Counted from the first letter of the stretch, positions 25,205-36,763 are shown. The stretch: DNA of 61,096 nt from a virus (IMGVR_UViG_3300044633_000159:1-61096), one strand, 5' to 3'. Program-made: numbers and translations. The notes: a model not told the origin generated them from the letters alone.

Positions 25205-26137
25205 ATGGGTATTAAGAAAGTAGAACCTACCGCTAAGAAGTCGGGGGTTATGAGTGATAAGTCTGGGCAAGACCCGCCAAAAGGAAAAACTATATATGTA
25301 GAATCAAAAAATGACCCTAGATATAAAGCTTATCAAGATAGTTTGTTAGCTTATACAACTCTTGATAAATATAAAAATATTCCTAAAAATATACCTTTTA
25401 AAAAAGAAGATGAAAAGAATATAAGAAAAATATGGGCAAGTAACTTAGAACCTTTAGCTCGTGATTTTAGTAATCCAAGACCTCTTACTGATAGAAGTAA
25501 TGGTAATATAGAAAGAGCTGATTATTTTACACCTACTAAATATAAAAAACCACAACAACAAGTAATAGTAAAAGAACAAGAAAAAAGAAAACCTGTAAAA
25601 GCAATACAAAACAATATAAAACCGAAAGGATTAATACAAAGTGATACAAAATTAAATACTGATATAAAAGGATTAAAACCTACAGTAAAAACACCTAAGT
25701 ACTATAATATACAAGAAAATATAAATCAACCATTTGGAGGAAGTCAAACAAATTATAGAAGTTCTGATTTAAAGAATATATCAAGCCCTGATGATTTAGG
25801 CCCTGGTAATACAAGAAAGACAACTCCTATTTATCAAACAAAAGAAGATATGGTACAAACGCCATTGATGAAAACAGCAGCGTGGACACGTAAGGAAGGT
25901 AAAGATCCAAAAGGTGGACTGAACCAGAAAGGTGTTGAGAGTTATAGAAGAGAGAATCCAGGGTCAAAGCTGCAAACAGCTGTGACTAAGAAACCTTCTG
26001 AGTTAAAGGCAGGTAGTAAAGATGCAAAGCGTAGAAAATCATTCTGTGCTAGGATGTCTGGTATGCCAGGTCCTATGAAGAAACCAAATGGAGAACCAAC
26101 AAGAAAAAAACTAGCATTAGACAAATGGAATTGTTAA
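25205..26137 (+). CDS. hypothetical protein with conserved phage C-terminal domain
   Basis: AWTRKEGK.PKGGLN..RRKSFCARM..ALDKWNC domain common in aquatic phages. Confidence 0.7.
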   Translation: MGIKKVEPTAKKSGVMSDKSGQDPPKGKTIYVESKNDPRYKAYQDSLLAYTTLDKYKNIPKNIPFKKEDEKNIRKIWASNLEPLARDFSNPRPLTDRSNGNIERADYFTPTKYKKPQQQVIVKEQEKRKPVKAIQNNIKPKGLIQSDTKLNTDIKGLKPTVKTPKYYNIQENINQPFGGSQTNYRSSDLKNISSPDDLGPGNTRKTTPIYQTKEDMVQTPLMKTAAWTRKEGKDPKGGLNQKGVESYRRENPGSKLQTAVTKKPSELKAGSKDAKRRKSFCARMSGMPGPMKKPNGEPTRKKLALDKWNC

Positions 26138-26267
26138 AAAGAAAAGACGGATCGTACTCAAAGCGTGGGTTGTGGGATAACATACGTGAGAATAAGGGTA
26201 GTGGTAAAAAACCTACCAAGAAGATGCTTGCTGAAGAAAAAAAAATAAAAACTAAAACAAAAAAGAA

Positions 26268-26768
26268 ATGATTAAGAAAAAATCACCGTTGAAACAAGAA
26301 GATCCAAAACCTACTTATAGCAACATGCCTACTAGTAAGAGAAGCGGGTTTAAAGATAGACCTTACACTGCTACGAAAAAGGATAGCGCTGACTATAGAG
26401 AAGGATTCAACAACCCTACTAAGTTGTACTCTAGTAGAATTAAAAATGCTGGTAGAATAGAAGCTATAAAAGCTAAAAAATCTCCTTTAAAACAAGAAGA
26501 TCCTAAAAAGGCACCGTACGTTCCGGGTAGAGTTTCTAAAGAAGTTAGAGACGCTGCGGACGCTAAGAAAGCTGCTGCAAGAGAATTAATGAAGTCTAGA
26601 TTTGAAAAAGGCGCTACTAGTAAAGGAATGACCACTAAAGAATATTCTAAGTATTTAGATAAACAATCAAAGAAAAAAGACGTGCCAGCTGGTAATCCAA
26701 GAACTTCATTTGGAACACCATCTGGAGGTAAAGGTAGCGGGGCTAAATGTCCTCCTATGCCTAGCTAG
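26268..26768 (+). CDS. Lys-rich protein with two KKSPLKQEDPK repeats
   Basis: Internal repeat visible in the translation. Confidence 0.7.
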   Translation: MIKKKSPLKQEDPKPTYSNMPTSKRSGFKDRPYTATKKDSADYREGFNNPTKLYSSRIKNAGRIEAIKAKKSPLKQEDPKKAPYVPGRVSKEVRDAADAKKAAARELMKSRFEKGATSKGMTTKEYSKYLDKQSKKKDVPAGNPRTSFGTPSGGKGSGAKCPPMPS

Positions 26769-26797
26769 TAATATAACATAAACATCGACAATAAAAA

Positions 26798-28882
26798 ATG
26801 GCAATAAGCAATAGTTATCCAATAGCAACCCCAACAACAGGGGATATATTAATAGGATCTAAAAACCTTGGGGAAGATGGTATAATTACTAAATCTTTCA
26901 CCATTGGCGATATACTATCTCTAGGTAATGGTGAGTCTGGCCCGCAAGGACCTCCGGGTCCAGAAGGTCCTCAAGGTTTGGTATGGAGAGGTGAGTGGGT
27001 TCCTAATGGTACTTACTTTCCTGGTGAAGCTGTTAGTGTTGAAGGGTCCTCATATATTTGCACGGTAGAAGTTGATGGATCAAATGAGTTCCCTTATGAT
27101 GATCCAGCTAATTGGGATTTACTAGCTGCTGAAGGCAATATTGGACCTGGTATAATAAACTGGAGAGGAGCTTGGAATGGTTCGTCTTATGTGCTGAACG
27201 ATGCGATACAGTATCAGGGTTCATCATATATATGTATCAGTAATACCTCAGGTTTTGTACCTCCAAGTAGCAACCCCACCAAATGGAGTTTATTAGCATT
27301 AAAAGGCGTTAATGGAGTTCAAGGCGCTACAGGTTCTCAAGGAATACAAGGTGCAACCGGCCCAGCCGGAGCTGTTGGTCCAGCTGGATTAGAATGGCAA
27401 GGTTCATGGGTTAGTGGAACATCTTATGTAGAAGACGATGCGGTCGCATTTGGCGGTGCCTCGTACTTTTGTATACAAAATACTTCTGGAACTACGTCTC
27501 CACCAAGTGATCCAACTAATTGGGCGTTGTTAGCATCGCAAGGCGCTCAAGGCCCAGCAGGATCTCAAGGCCCAACAGGTGCTCAAGGATCTATAGGCGT
27601 ACAAGGGCCAGCAGGACCTCAAGGAATACAAGGTTTAACAGGGCCACAAGGTCCGACTGGGGATAAAGGCGATACAGGTCTGACTGGAGCTCAGGGTAAT
27701 CCAGGTCCTACTGGAGCTCAGGGTATTCAAGGAACTGCAGGATTAGCAGGCCCCGTTGGTCCAGCCGGTCTTAATTGGGAAAGTTCTTGGGTTTCAGGGA
27801 CATCTTATGTGGAAGATGATGCCGTTGCTTTTGGTGGTGCTTCTTATTTTTGTATCTTAGCAACTTCAGGAACATCTAATCCTTCTGTCGATACTACACA
27901 TTGGGCATTACTTGCTTCTCAAGGAGCGCAAGGTCCAACCGGAGCACAAGGCCCAACTGGAGCGCAAGGTCCTCAAGGCCCACAGGGTGAAGCCGGGGGT
28001 GCTGGTACATTGCAGCAGACTGTTGATAACGGTGATACAGTTGTAAATGGGGCTTCCTCGACTACTATTCAAGCAGGATTAATATCAACTACAGATTTAT
28101 TAGGTTCTGTTGAACTAGGCTCAAATATAAATTTTTATAAAGGCGCTAATATAGTTACATTAATACCACCTAGTGTATTAACTGGAGATCGATTATATGA
28201 ACTGCCAAACGCTTCAGGTACCATTGCTTTAACTAGCAATATTACATTGCAGAACGCAATAACCGGAGGTAATACTATTACAGATGGTATAACGACAATG
28301 ACTGTTACTGCAAATTCTATAAAAACAAATGATTTCCTTGGTGGACAAATAGAAATGGTTTCTGATTCTATTTCTAATCCTTATATAAAATTTGGATTGC
28401 CAGCTTCAGCAGGTAAGACAGTAACTTTAACTCACGCAGATACTCAGTCAGCAAGTAGAACAATTAAGTTACCAGATGCAAATGGAACCGTTGCTTTAAC
28501 TAGTGATATTACATTACAAAAAGCTTTTGACAATAACGGTAATACTATTTCAGGAGCAGTAGGCCCAAGTACTTTTACTACAACATTAACAAATACATTT
28601 ATAAAAGTTGGAGCATCAAGTACTTCAGGTATGACTTTAAATACCAGTCAGATTATTTTTGAAAAAAGTGGAGGGACTGAATTAATGGCTTTACAATTTC
28701 CTCCTGCTTTATCAGGTATTAAACAAATAACACTACCAAATTCAACAGGTACTGTTGCTTTAACAAGTCAACTTCCAACCGTATCCGGAGATTATATTAA
28801 TGATGCAGCTGCGGCCGCAGGTGGAATTGCGGTGGGTGGATTATACCATACAGCAGGAGTGGTTAAGATTAGACTTGTATAA
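26798..28882 (+). CDS. Tail fibre with collagen-like Gly-X-Y tracts and four Trp-rich carbohydrate-binding-like modules
   Basis: GPQGP repeats alternating with W.G.W....Y...DAV...G.SY.C.......P.....W.LLA. Confidence 0.8.
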   Translation: MAISNSYPIATPTTGDILIGSKNLGEDGIITKSFTIGDILSLGNGESGPQGPPGPEGPQGLVWRGEWVPNGTYFPGEAVSVEGSSYICTVEVDGSNEFPYDDPANWDLLAAEGNIGPGIINWRGAWNGSSYVLNDAIQYQGSSYICISNTSGFVPPSSNPTKWSLLALKGVNGVQGATGSQGIQGATGPAGAVGPAGLEWQGSWVSGTSYVEDDAVAFGGASYFCIQNTSGTTSPPSDPTNWALLASQGAQGPAGSQGPTGAQGSIGVQGPAGPQGIQGLTGPQGPTGDKGDTGLTGAQGNPGPTGAQGIQGTAGLAGPVGPAGLNWESSWVSGTSYVEDDAVAFGGASYFCILATSGTSNPSVDTTHWALLASQGAQGPTGAQGPTGAQGPQGPQGEAGGAGTLQQTVDNGDTVVNGASSTTIQAGLISTTDLLGSVELGSNINFYKGANIVTLIPPSVLTGDRLYELPNASGTIALTSNITLQNAITGGNTITDGITTMTVTANSIKTNDFLGGQIEMVSDSISNPYIKFGLPASAGKTVTLTHADTQSASRTIKLPDANGTVALTSDITLQKAFDNNGNTISGAVGPSTFTTTLTNTFIKVGASSTSGMTLNTSQIIFEKSGGTELMALQFPPALSGIKQITLPNSTGTVALTSQLPTVSGDYINDAAAAAGGIAVGGLYHTAGVVKIRLV

Positions 28883-28932
28883 ATTAAAAAAATAAATCAA
28901 TAGGTTTTACAACGCATTGATAAAGATTATAT

Positions 28933-31900
28933 ATGGCAATAGCTAATTCGTATTTTAATAGTTCACCAATAACAGATTCAGATATATTCGTAGGTACTAA
29001 GTATGCTACGAATAGAACTGTTAATTATACTGCTCAGAGTATTGCTGACTATCTTAATGTCAATGCTAGAATATCTATAAGTGGACAATTAACATTTAAG
29101 TTTACTATCTTACCAAACGTAGCAAAAACAATTGCTTTTGAAAACGGTGGCGGAGATGGTAGACTTTTTTCGTCTATAGATAAACTTATAGTATCTATAT
29201 TGGACGCTGGCGGTAGTAATATAACTGTGTTCTTAGACTATTTAATAGATAGTGAAATATTACTTGCGGAGCAAAACCAACCAAACTCGTTTGGGCATTA
29301 TAAAGTAACCAATTATGTTGTTACTACAAACCCAAATTTTTACGAACTAAGTTTAGAATACATCGGAGGGAATGGTAATATATACAAAGACGTATACTAT
29401 GACATGACGCCTTGGGCAGGTTCTGGTGGTATTGTAACAACACCAAATCTTCAACAAGTAACAGACGAGGGCAACACTACTACAAATGATATTACAATAA
29501 GCAAAGAAACTGGAACATCTTTTATTCAACTAGTAAGTAACAACAATACATTAACACTTCAAGTAAATGATGTTTCTGGTTCTTATATTGAACTAAATGA
29601 TTCTGATAATAATAATTATGGTGCATTGTCTTGTGCAGAGCTAGTTATGACAAATAATGATGCTGGAGAAAATGTACAATTAAATTCTAATTATCTTTTA
29701 ATTCAGAGTTCAAATTCAAAACCATTAATTGAATTAAGCGGTTCGGATTTTACATTAACGGGTTCTGTTCAAATTAAAACAGATTTAGTAGATGGTCAAT
29801 ATGAGCAACAATTACCTAATAAAGGTGGTACATTCGCAATGTTGGACGATATTCCTGCATTAACAGCCGGTACCAATATAACCATTGACAACACTGACCC
29901 TTTAAACCTTATAATTAGCGCTAGCGGCGGAGGTGATGATTTTCTATCATTAGCTGGTGGCACAATGGATGATGGCGCTAACATATTTTTCAATAATGGT
30001 TCTAAACTTAGTGAGGGCGCAGTAGATGCTGGAACTGGTGGAAATAAAGGTATTGCTTTAACTTGCGCAGTTGGTTTTGAATGGAAGTTTGAAGCAGGAG
30101 AAGCATATTTAACAGAAACAACAAGTGGTTATATTAGACTTAAGCAATACGCAAGGAATTTACCTACCATAGATGATGACATATCAAAAGGTTTTGTAAA
30201 TGGTTCATTTTGGTATTTAGATAGTGGAATTGCATATATATGTACTGATTCAACTAATGGCGCAGCAGTTTGGGAAATTTATCATAACTTTATTCCTACA
30301 CTTCAACAAGTAGTTAATGAAGGCGGGCAATTAACAGATTTAGGAATTGCATTTGATTCTGTTGTAAATCCTAATTTAACCGCTGGAATTAATATAGATG
30401 GTTTAGCATTTATAGATAATGATGGTATTGATGAAGAAACAACTGTCTACGCATCAAATGGTATTCAAAGAAACTTAAACGCAAATGGCACTTTGCTTAA
30501 TTTTGAAACACCAACAAATCCTGACAACGTAGTATTGGTTCCAAACGGAAGCGGAACACTAGCATTAACTTCTGATATTCCAACTGCTGGAGTTACATCG
30601 GTCGGTTTAACTATGCCAAGTGCATTTACTGTAACAAATAGTCCTATAACATCAAGTGGCGATATAGCAGTTACAGGAGCAGGTTTAGTGTCTCAATATG
30701 TTAGAGGTGATGGTACATTAGCTAACTTCCCTAATTCAACTGGTGGTGGTTCATCAGTTAATTATTACCTTAATGGTAGTATTTCTCAAGGTACATTTGG
30801 AGGAACTACTTATTATCAAATGAGTAAAACTCCTATACTTGGAGCAGGTACTAATTTTATAAGAACAAATGGAGCAGGTAATGGATATATAGCGTCTTTC
30901 ATAACTGATGTAGCAGACCCTAGTCAATTAAATATACCTGGTGGTAATTGGAATGTAGAGTTTTATTTTAACGCAAGCAGTGGTGGTGGTAGTCCTAGTT
31001 TTTATGCTGAGCTTTATACAGTAAGTGCTACAAATGTTTTTACACTTATTGCAAGTGATTCTCTTAATCCAGAAAGTATTACAAATGGTACAACTGTTGA
31101 CCAATACTTCACATCAATTCCTGTACCTCAAACTACATTACTTACAACTGATAGATTAGCTATTAGAATATTTGTAAATACAGGAGGTAAAACTATTACA
31201 CTACACACTGAAAATGGTAATTTATCAGAAGTATTAACTACATTTACAACAGGACTTACAGCGTTAAATGGACTTACAACACAGGTACAAAACTTTGCAG
31301 TAGGTACATCAGGAACTGATTTTGGTATTAGTTCTGCTACAGAAACACATACATTTAATTTACCAACTGCCTCTGCTATAAATAGAGGAGCTTTATCATC
31401 AGCAGATTGGACTACATTTAACAATAAGCAAAATGATTTAGTTACTTTTCAAAGAAAAGAGGGAATTATATTTTTTGATGATTTTTTAGGAACTAACGAT
31501 AACGCTGGAATTTCAACATCAACTGGAGTTACAATGGGAGCGGTAGGTACTGGTTCTATTGCTAGAATTACGGGCGTTTATCCTAATAGAACAAATCAAC
31601 AAGGAGTTATTCAATTAGCTACTGGGACTTTAACAACTGGGGGTGCGAGTTATAGATTAGGTTCGGTAAATACACCTACTTTTTTTGTTGGAACTGGTGC
31701 TATTTCTTACGAAGTTCCAATAAATATAGAAACGCTATCAACTTTGACAAATAGATTTGTAAATGTATTTGGGTTTTATACTGGTTCAAGCATAACAACA
31801 AGCAACAATTTAATTAGCTTTATTTATGACGAGGGCGGAGTTTTTGCATTTGGTGGAATTGGTGCTTCTCCAAATTGGAAATGTGTAACAGGAAATGGAG

Positions 31901-32160
31901 GTACAAGAACATCAACGGATTCAACTGTTGCGGTAACTGCAAGTGCGTGGACAAAATTAAGAATAGAAATAAACGCAAATGCAACATCAATAGGTTTTTA
32001 CATAAATGATACTTTAGTCGCTACGCATACAACAAATATTCCAGCTACAACAACCGCTATGTATTTTTTAAATGGAATACAAAAAACAACGGGATTGACT
32101 TCTGTTAATATGTACGCTGATTATTTATCCTTAAAACAAACATTTACAACTGCAAGATAA
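28933..32160 (+). CDS. Second tail fibre / receptor-binding protein
   Basis: N-terminus similar to the preceding fibre; LQQV.D.G and GT.ALTSDI repeats; beta-rich C-terminus. Confidence 0.75.
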   Translation: MAIANSYFNSSPITDSDIFVGTKYATNRTVNYTAQSIADYLNVNARISISGQLTFKFTILPNVAKTIAFENGGGDGRLFSSIDKLIVSILDAGGSNITVFLDYLIDSEILLAEQNQPNSFGHYKVTNYVVTTNPNFYELSLEYIGGNGNIYKDVYYDMTPWAGSGGIVTTPNLQQVTDEGNTTTNDITISKETGTSFIQLVSNNNTLTLQVNDVSGSYIELNDSDNNNYGALSCAELVMTNNDAGENVQLNSNYLLIQSSNSKPLIELSGSDFTLTGSVQIKTDLVDGQYEQQLPNKGGTFAMLDDIPALTAGTNITIDNTDPLNLIISASGGGDDFLSLAGGTMDDGANIFFNNGSKLSEGAVDAGTGGNKGIALTCAVGFEWKFEAGEAYLTETTSGYIRLKQYARNLPTIDDDISKGFVNGSFWYLDSGIAYICTDSTNGAAVWEIYHNFIPTLQQVVNEGGQLTDLGIAFDSVVNPNLTAGINIDGLAFIDNDGIDEETTVYASNGIQRNLNANGTLLNFETPTNPDNVVLVPNGSGTLALTSDIPTAGVTSVGLTMPSAFTVTNSPITSSGDIAVTGAGLVSQYVRGDGTLANFPNSTGGGSSVNYYLNGSISQGTFGGTTYYQMSKTPILGAGTNFIRTNGAGNGYIASFITDVADPSQLNIPGGNWNVEFYFNASSGGGSPSFYAELYTVSATNVFTLIASDSLNPESITNGTTVDQYFTSIPVPQTTLLTTDRLAIRIFVNTGGKTITLHTENGNLSEVLTTFTTGLTALNGLTTQVQNFAVGTSGTDFGISSATETHTFNLPTASAINRGALSSADWTTFNNKQNDLVTFQRKEGIIFFDDFLGTNDNAGISTSTGVTMGAVGTGSIARITGVYPNRTNQQGVIQLATGTLTTGGASYRLGSVNTPTFFVGTGAISYEVPINIETLSTLTNRFVNVFGFYTGSSITTSNNLISFIYDEGGVFAFGGIGASPNWKCVTGNGGTRTSTDSTVAVTASAWTKLRIEINANATSIGFYINDTLVATHTTNIPATTTAMYFLNGIQKTTGLTSVNMYADYLSLKQTFTTAR

Positions 32161-32492
32161 TGACAATATATATTTACACACAAGGAAATAGTACAATAGA
32201 AACTACCGATTTAAACAATATACCCGAAGGCGTTTCTTACGAAACTATTGAAAGGGAAGAAACTATTGATATGGTATCTTTGACAAATGAAGCATTGCAG
32301 ATAGATTTATTATATACAGGTCTTATATCAGACCTTTTAAGAAAACATATTGAGAAACTATCTATTGATGGCATACCTATTCCTCAAGATGTAATTGACG
32401 AAAGAGATAGATTAAGAGCAGAATGCAATCAAAAGATATTAGATTTAGGAATAACAAACTTTGCCTACAGGCAATCAAATTTAAGACTATGA
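32160..32492 (+). CDS. Probable tail-fibre-associated small protein
   Basis: Coupled to fibre gene; IPQDVIDERDRLR motif. Confidence 0.5.
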   Translation: MTIYIYTQGNSTIETTDLNNIPEGVSYETIEREETIDMVSLTNEALQIDLLYTGLISDLLRKHIEKLSIDGIPIPQDVIDERDRLRAECNQKILDLGITNFAYRQSNLRL

Positions 32493-32881
32493 ATTTTTTC
32501 TACGAGTATTGGCAAACAATTTTAGCAACATTAAGCGCTCCTGTTGCGTGGTTTTTTGGAGGAAGAGCAAAACAACGTCAAGATGCTGTAAGCACAATGA
32601 AAGTTATGTACGATGACTTCTTAGTGGTTTACAAAAACCGAATGGATGAAGTTATGGTAGAAGTTATTGAAATTAAAAAACATAATCTTACTTTGCAAAC
32701 GGACTTTAATAATCTACAAATGAGTTACGCTAAAGAGGTTGAAAAGTCTCAGAATTGGGAAAAGTTACATAGAGTTTTAACAGACAAATACAACGAACTT
32801 GCTAAAGATCACGAAACTTTAAAAGGACTTTATTCTAAATTGAAAGAGGATTTTGATAAACACAAAAAATCAGTAAAATAA
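32489..32881 (+). CDS. Membrane-anchored coiled-coil protein, holin candidate
   Basis: Start reassigned to ATGA overlap at 32489; N-terminal hydrophobic segment; precedes endolysin. Confidence 0.5.
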   Translation: MNFFYEYWQTILATLSAPVAWFFGGRAKQRQDAVSTMKVMYDDFLVVYKNRMDEVMVEVIEIKKHNLTLQTDFNNLQMSYAKEVEKSQNWEKLHRVLTDKYNELAKDHETLKGLYSKLKEDFDKHKKSVK

Positions 32882-32882
32882 T

Positions 32883-33311
32883 ATGGTAACAAGTAAGCAA
32901 TGTTTTGATAAATGGGGAGATCCATTAACTACTCATGATGAGGGAGCATATATGACTGTATGGGATGTGCCAAGTAATTTGGAAATTGGTGTAATACCTA
33001 AAAAACTTTATTGTAATAAAGCAATGGTGGGCCCATTAACTAAAGCATTTACAAATCTTATTAAAACTGGATTTGTTAGAGAATTAAAAACTTGGGACGG
33101 TTGTTTCAATATAAGAAAGAAAAGAGGCCTTACAAGTCATTCGTTACATTCTTGGGGTATTGCAATTGATGTAAATGCGTTTGAGAATGGATTAAATCAA
33201 ACTCCTAAATTATCATCAGGATTTGTAAAATGTTTTACAGATGCAGGTTTTGATTGGGGTGGAAATTGGACACGTAAAGATGGTATGCACTTTCAATTAA
33301 GTAAGATATGA
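32883..33311 (+). CDS. Endolysin, M15-family zinc peptidase
   Basis: SLHSWGIAIDVN, WGG.W...DGMHFQL. Confidence 0.85.
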   Translation: MVTSKQCFDKWGDPLTTHDEGAYMTVWDVPSNLEIGVIPKKLYCNKAMVGPLTKAFTNLIKTGFVRELKTWDGCFNIRKKRGLTSHSLHSWGIAIDVNAFENGLNQTPKLSSGFVKCFTDAGFDWGGNWTRKDGMHFQLSKI

Positions 33312-33679
33312 ATTTAATAGAAAAAATAAGTCTAGTGCCTTCTAAAATAAAAGATTATATTCTAATAGGATTAGTTGTTTCTATTGTTATTATTGTTGTC
33401 ATTATGTCTATCAATAACTTTCACGAAGTTAGAAGACAGGTTAACATAGAAAAAACAAAAAACGAATTAATAGAAACAAAAGAAGAAGTTACAGATAAAA
33501 CAAAAGCGCTTGAGGACAATGTGAAGACACATGATACTTTTGTTCAAAATACAGTAACAAAAATAAAGCAAATTACTAAAATAAAACCTAAAAGAATTCA
33601 ATATGAAAGTATTAAAGTTACAGATACTACTTACTTCGCTATGCGTAATCTGCTCGACACTGTACAGCCAAACAAATAA
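33308..33679 (+). CDS. Spanin-like inner-membrane protein
   Basis: N-terminal TM helix then coiled coil, after endolysin. Confidence 0.5.
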   Translation: MNLIEKISLVPSKIKDYILIGLVVSIVIIVVIMSINNFHEVRRQVNIEKTKNELIETKEEVTDKTKALEDNVKTHDTFVQNTVTKIKQITKIKPKRIQYESIKVTDTTYFAMRNLLDTVQPNK

Positions 33680-34058
33680 AGATCTAAATTCACCTGAAAG
33701 AGTTAAAGCTTTATACGGTATCGCTGTTCAACATAAAGAACTTACAAAGCAAGTTAAAGATTGTCAAGATAGATATAATGCAGAAATGCAATCGTTTGAA
33801 AATAAATATAAACAAATACAAGATTTAGCTATTTCTTTAGGTGAAGAATCTAGCGCTTTTGTTGATCATAATTTAGACTTACAAGCGGGATTGCTAGGAT
33901 CTTTGAAGAAACAAGAACAACAAGAAGTTGAATTAGCAAAGTTAAAAGCGAAAAGACCTAAACGTTTTGGAATAGGTTTTTATGGTGGATACGATGCGTT
34001 TACTCAGACGTGGTCTGTTGGAGCAAGTTTAAATTATAATTTATTCTTATTATTTTAA
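33603..34058 (+). CDS. Secreted / outer-membrane lysis accessory protein (spanin-like)
   Basis: Signal peptide, coiled coil, C-terminal amphipathic beta strands ending in Phe; overlaps preceding gene. Confidence 0.5.
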   Translation: MKVLKLQILLTSLCVICSTLYSQTNKDLNSPERVKALYGIAVQHKELTKQVKDCQDRYNAEMQSFENKYKQIQDLAISLGEESSAFVDHNLDLQAGLLGSLKKQEQQEVELAKLKAKRPKRFGIGFYGGYDAFTQTWSVGASLNYNLFLLF

Positions 34059-34194
34059 TATGAAAAAGCAAACAAATAAAGTAGAGTTAAAACAAAAAAA
34101 TAATGTGAATAGACCAGGTGTTCACGCTAAGTCTAAAACATCGACATTGAAAGCAAGTAAGAATTATAAAAAATCTTACAAAGGGCAAGGATAG
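34059..34194 (+). CDS. small basic hypothetical protein (about 44 aa)
   Basis: MKKQ...RPGVHAKSKTS...KNYKKSYKGQG, manually translated; end coordinate approximate. Confidence 0.45.
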
Positions 34195-34218
34195 TAAAAA
34201 TAGTGTAAAATAGGTAAT
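34195..34218 (+). promoter_or_regulatory. Class II promoter upstream of groEL
   Basis: TAAAAA-N11-AGGTAAT. Confidence 0.55.
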
Positions 34219-34251
34219 ATATAAACTATATAAATTTAATTAAATAAAATC

Positions 34252-35796
34252 ATGTCAGACGCTATAGTCAAAAATTTAAGTTTCGGTAAAGACGCGAGTG
34301 ATAAAGTATTTGCCGGTATAGAGAAGTTATCAAAAGCAGTAAGTTCTACACTAGGAGCAAGTGGCAAATGTGTTCTACTTGAAGATTCAACAGGTAGACC
34401 TGTCATTACCAAAGATGGTGTAACCGTTGCTGATTCAATTATATTGTTAGATCCTGTAGAAAATATGGGAGCAACTTTATTAAAAGAAGCAGCGCGAAAA
34501 ACTGTTAGAGAAGCAGGTGATGGTACAACTACAGCCACTGTGTTAGCACACGCTATATTAAAGAATGCTTATAAAGTAGAAAACCCAGATACTAGAAAGA
34601 TTAAAGAAGGTATTAACAAAGCTGTTGACAACGTTGTTAAATATCTTGAAGATATGGCAGTTTTAGTTGATGATAATATGTTAGATCACATCGCTACTAT
34701 ATCTACAAACAATGATCCTGAATTAGGTAAGTTAGTTGGTAATGCTTTTAGAGCGGTAGGTAATACTGGTATTGTAATGATGGAAACATCTTCCGATGCT
34801 GAATGTAGTTTACAATTAGTTGAAGGAGTGCAATGCTCAATGGGTTTAACAAACTCACATTTTATAACTAATCATAAGAATAAGACAGCAGAACTAGATA
34901 ATCCTTTAGTTTTATTAGTTGAGTCACCAATAGAGAACGTCCGTCAACTACAAAAGATATTAGAGTATGTTATAAAGAACAATAGATCTTTATTAATTGT
35001 TGGTGATATGGAACAGATAGTATTATCTACATTAGCAATGAATAAGTCTAAAGGTAATATAAAAATCAATGTTATAAATGCACCAACTTATGGTATTAAT
35101 AGAAAAGAGATATTTGATGATCTTGCTTTATTAACTGGTGCAACTTTAATAAACGAAGATCTTGGTGATGATTTAGATTTGATAGATCCGTCAATGCTTG
35201 GCGTTTGTTTTAAAAGTATAACAAACCACGAAGAAACAATACTCCACGTTGGAGAACCAAATGAAGAAGTTTTAGATATAATTACTGATATTAAGAAATC
35301 ATTATCAGAAAACAATAATAGCGCTACTATTATAAAACTAGAAAAAAGATTAGCTAGGTTAACAGCAAAAATATCTGTAGTTAAAGTTGGCGCTAATTCA
35401 GAAATAGAGTTAAAAGAAAAGTCGGATAGAATTGAAGACGCTATTTGTGCTACAAAAGCCGCTATTAAAGAAGGTATCGTCCCAGGTGGAGGAATAGCTT
35501 TATTAAACGCTTCATATAATATAGATACTTTTTCTATTGGTGAAGAAATATTATTAGATTCTATTAGATCACCATTTAATACAATATTAAGTAATGCTGG
35601 AATAGAAGTTATGTCAGAAAAGATTGTAACAGGTATTGGTTATGGTTTAAATGTTATAACTGGAGAAACAGTAGATATGATTAAAGCAGGTATTATTGAT
35701 CCACTACTTGTTACAAAGAGTGCTTTGAAAAATGCTGCGTCTGTTGCTACAACGATACTTTCAACTGATTGTGTAATTAATAACTTGAGAGCATAA
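34252..35796 (+). CDS. groEL: Phage chaperonin GroEL
   Basis: ITKDGVTVA, AGDGTTTATVLA, EGIVPGGG, GIIDP; lacks the C-terminal GGM tail. Confidence 0.95.
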   Translation: MSDAIVKNLSFGKDASDKVFAGIEKLSKAVSSTLGASGKCVLLEDSTGRPVITKDGVTVADSIILLDPVENMGATLLKEAARKTVREAGDGTTTATVLAHAILKNAYKVENPDTRKIKEGINKAVDNVVKYLEDMAVLVDDNMLDHIATISTNNDPELGKLVGNAFRAVGNTGIVMMETSSDAECSLQLVEGVQCSMGLTNSHFITNHKNKTAELDNPLVLLVESPIENVRQLQKILEYVIKNNRSLLIVGDMEQIVLSTLAMNKSKGNIKINVINAPTYGINRKEIFDDLALLTGATLINEDLGDDLDLIDPSMLGVCFKSITNHEETILHVGEPNEEVLDIITDIKKSLSENNNSATIIKLEKRLARLTAKISVVKVGANSEIELKEKSDRIEDAICATKAAIKEGIVPGGGIALLNASYNIDTFSIGEEILLDSIRSPFNTILSNAGIEVMSEKIVTGIGYGLNVITGETVDMIKAGIIDPLLVTKSALKNAASVATTILSTDCVINNLRA

Positions 35797-36056
35797 TGAA
35801 AGCAATAGGTAAATGTTTGATTATACAGAAGAAGAAAGAAGGCACTACAACTACTAAAGGTGGTTTAATGCTTGCAGAGAATCAAAGAGAAGATATTAGA
35901 TATATAGAAGCGAAAGTGTTGTCTATAGGACAAGAAGTTGTTGGTGTCAAAGAATGTGATATGATATTCTATGATAGACATGCTGGTCATAAAATAGAAA
36001 TAGATAAAGAAACATATCACGTTATAAGATTAGGAGATGTAGTAGTTGTGTTATGA
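35796..36056 (+). CDS. groES: Co-chaperonin GroES
   Basis: Mobile loop TTKGGLML, VLSIG..V..VK..D; coupled to groEL. Confidence 0.85.
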   Translation: MKAIGKCLIIQKKKEGTTTTKGGLMLAENQREDIRYIEAKVLSIGQEVVGVKECDMIFYDRHAGHKIEIDKETYHVIRLGDVVVVL

Positions 36057-36508
36057 TAAGGTTAGATGCTTCAGATATTAAAGATATAGGTTTATTAAAA
36101 CACTATAGAATAATTAGAAAGTGGGCTTGTAAGAATAACGGTTTAACAGATCCAGACTTAGAACTTCTTGTATATTTAGATTGTATGGATTTTTTTACTA
36201 AACAAGATTTTAAAATAGGCACGTATTCTTATAGTTGGAACAATAGACGTTGGAATGATCTATTAAAAGAAGGTTGGATAGTAGTATGGAGAAAAAGAAA
36301 TCATACAACTCAAAAGTACAATATATACAAAGTATCGTTTAAAGGTAAACAATTAATAAGTAGAATGTATCGTATAATGTTAGGTATTGAAGATATACCA
36401 ACAAGTCATAGAAACTCTATAATGAGTGGTAAAACTTATACCGACACTGTTATGATAACATCGATAGAAAACGCTAACAAAGATAAAACAAGAAACAACA
36501 ATGATTAA
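36053..36508 (+). CDS. Winged-helix-like hypothetical protein
   Basis: LT..DLELL.YL...L.KEGWI......Y.VS.KGK pattern. Confidence 0.5.
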   Translation: MIRLDASDIKDIGLLKHYRIIRKWACKNNGLTDPDLELLVYLDCMDFFTKQDFKIGTYSYSWNNRRWNDLLKEGWIVVWRKRNHTTQKYNIYKVSFKGKQLISRMYRIMLGIEDIPTSHRNSIMSGKTYTDTVMITSIENANKDKTRNNND

Positions 36509-36755
36509 CAACCAAATAACACAAACGCCGATTAGTCCTCAAGCGATGAGTAATCAAGGTACTATTAAGAATATGTTTGGTCAAGCGATACCTGGTACTT
36601 TTAATAGAACTTTAGATCTTGCACAAAGTCAAGTTCCAACAGATCCTTTAACTGGTCAAGTACCTGATCCAACGTTAGACCAAAGCACTAACTATCCAGT
36701 ACCTCCTCCAATGGGAGTTCAATCTAGTATAACACCGCCTTACGGCTTAAATTAA
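36501..36755 (+). CDS. hypothetical Pro/Gln-rich protein
   Basis: Coupled ORF. Confidence 0.6.
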   Translation: MINNQITQTPISPQAMSNQGTIKNMFGQAIPGTFNRTLDLAQSQVPTDPLTGQVPDPTLDQSTNYPVPPPMGVQSSITPPYGLN

Positions 36756-36763
36756 TAATAACT

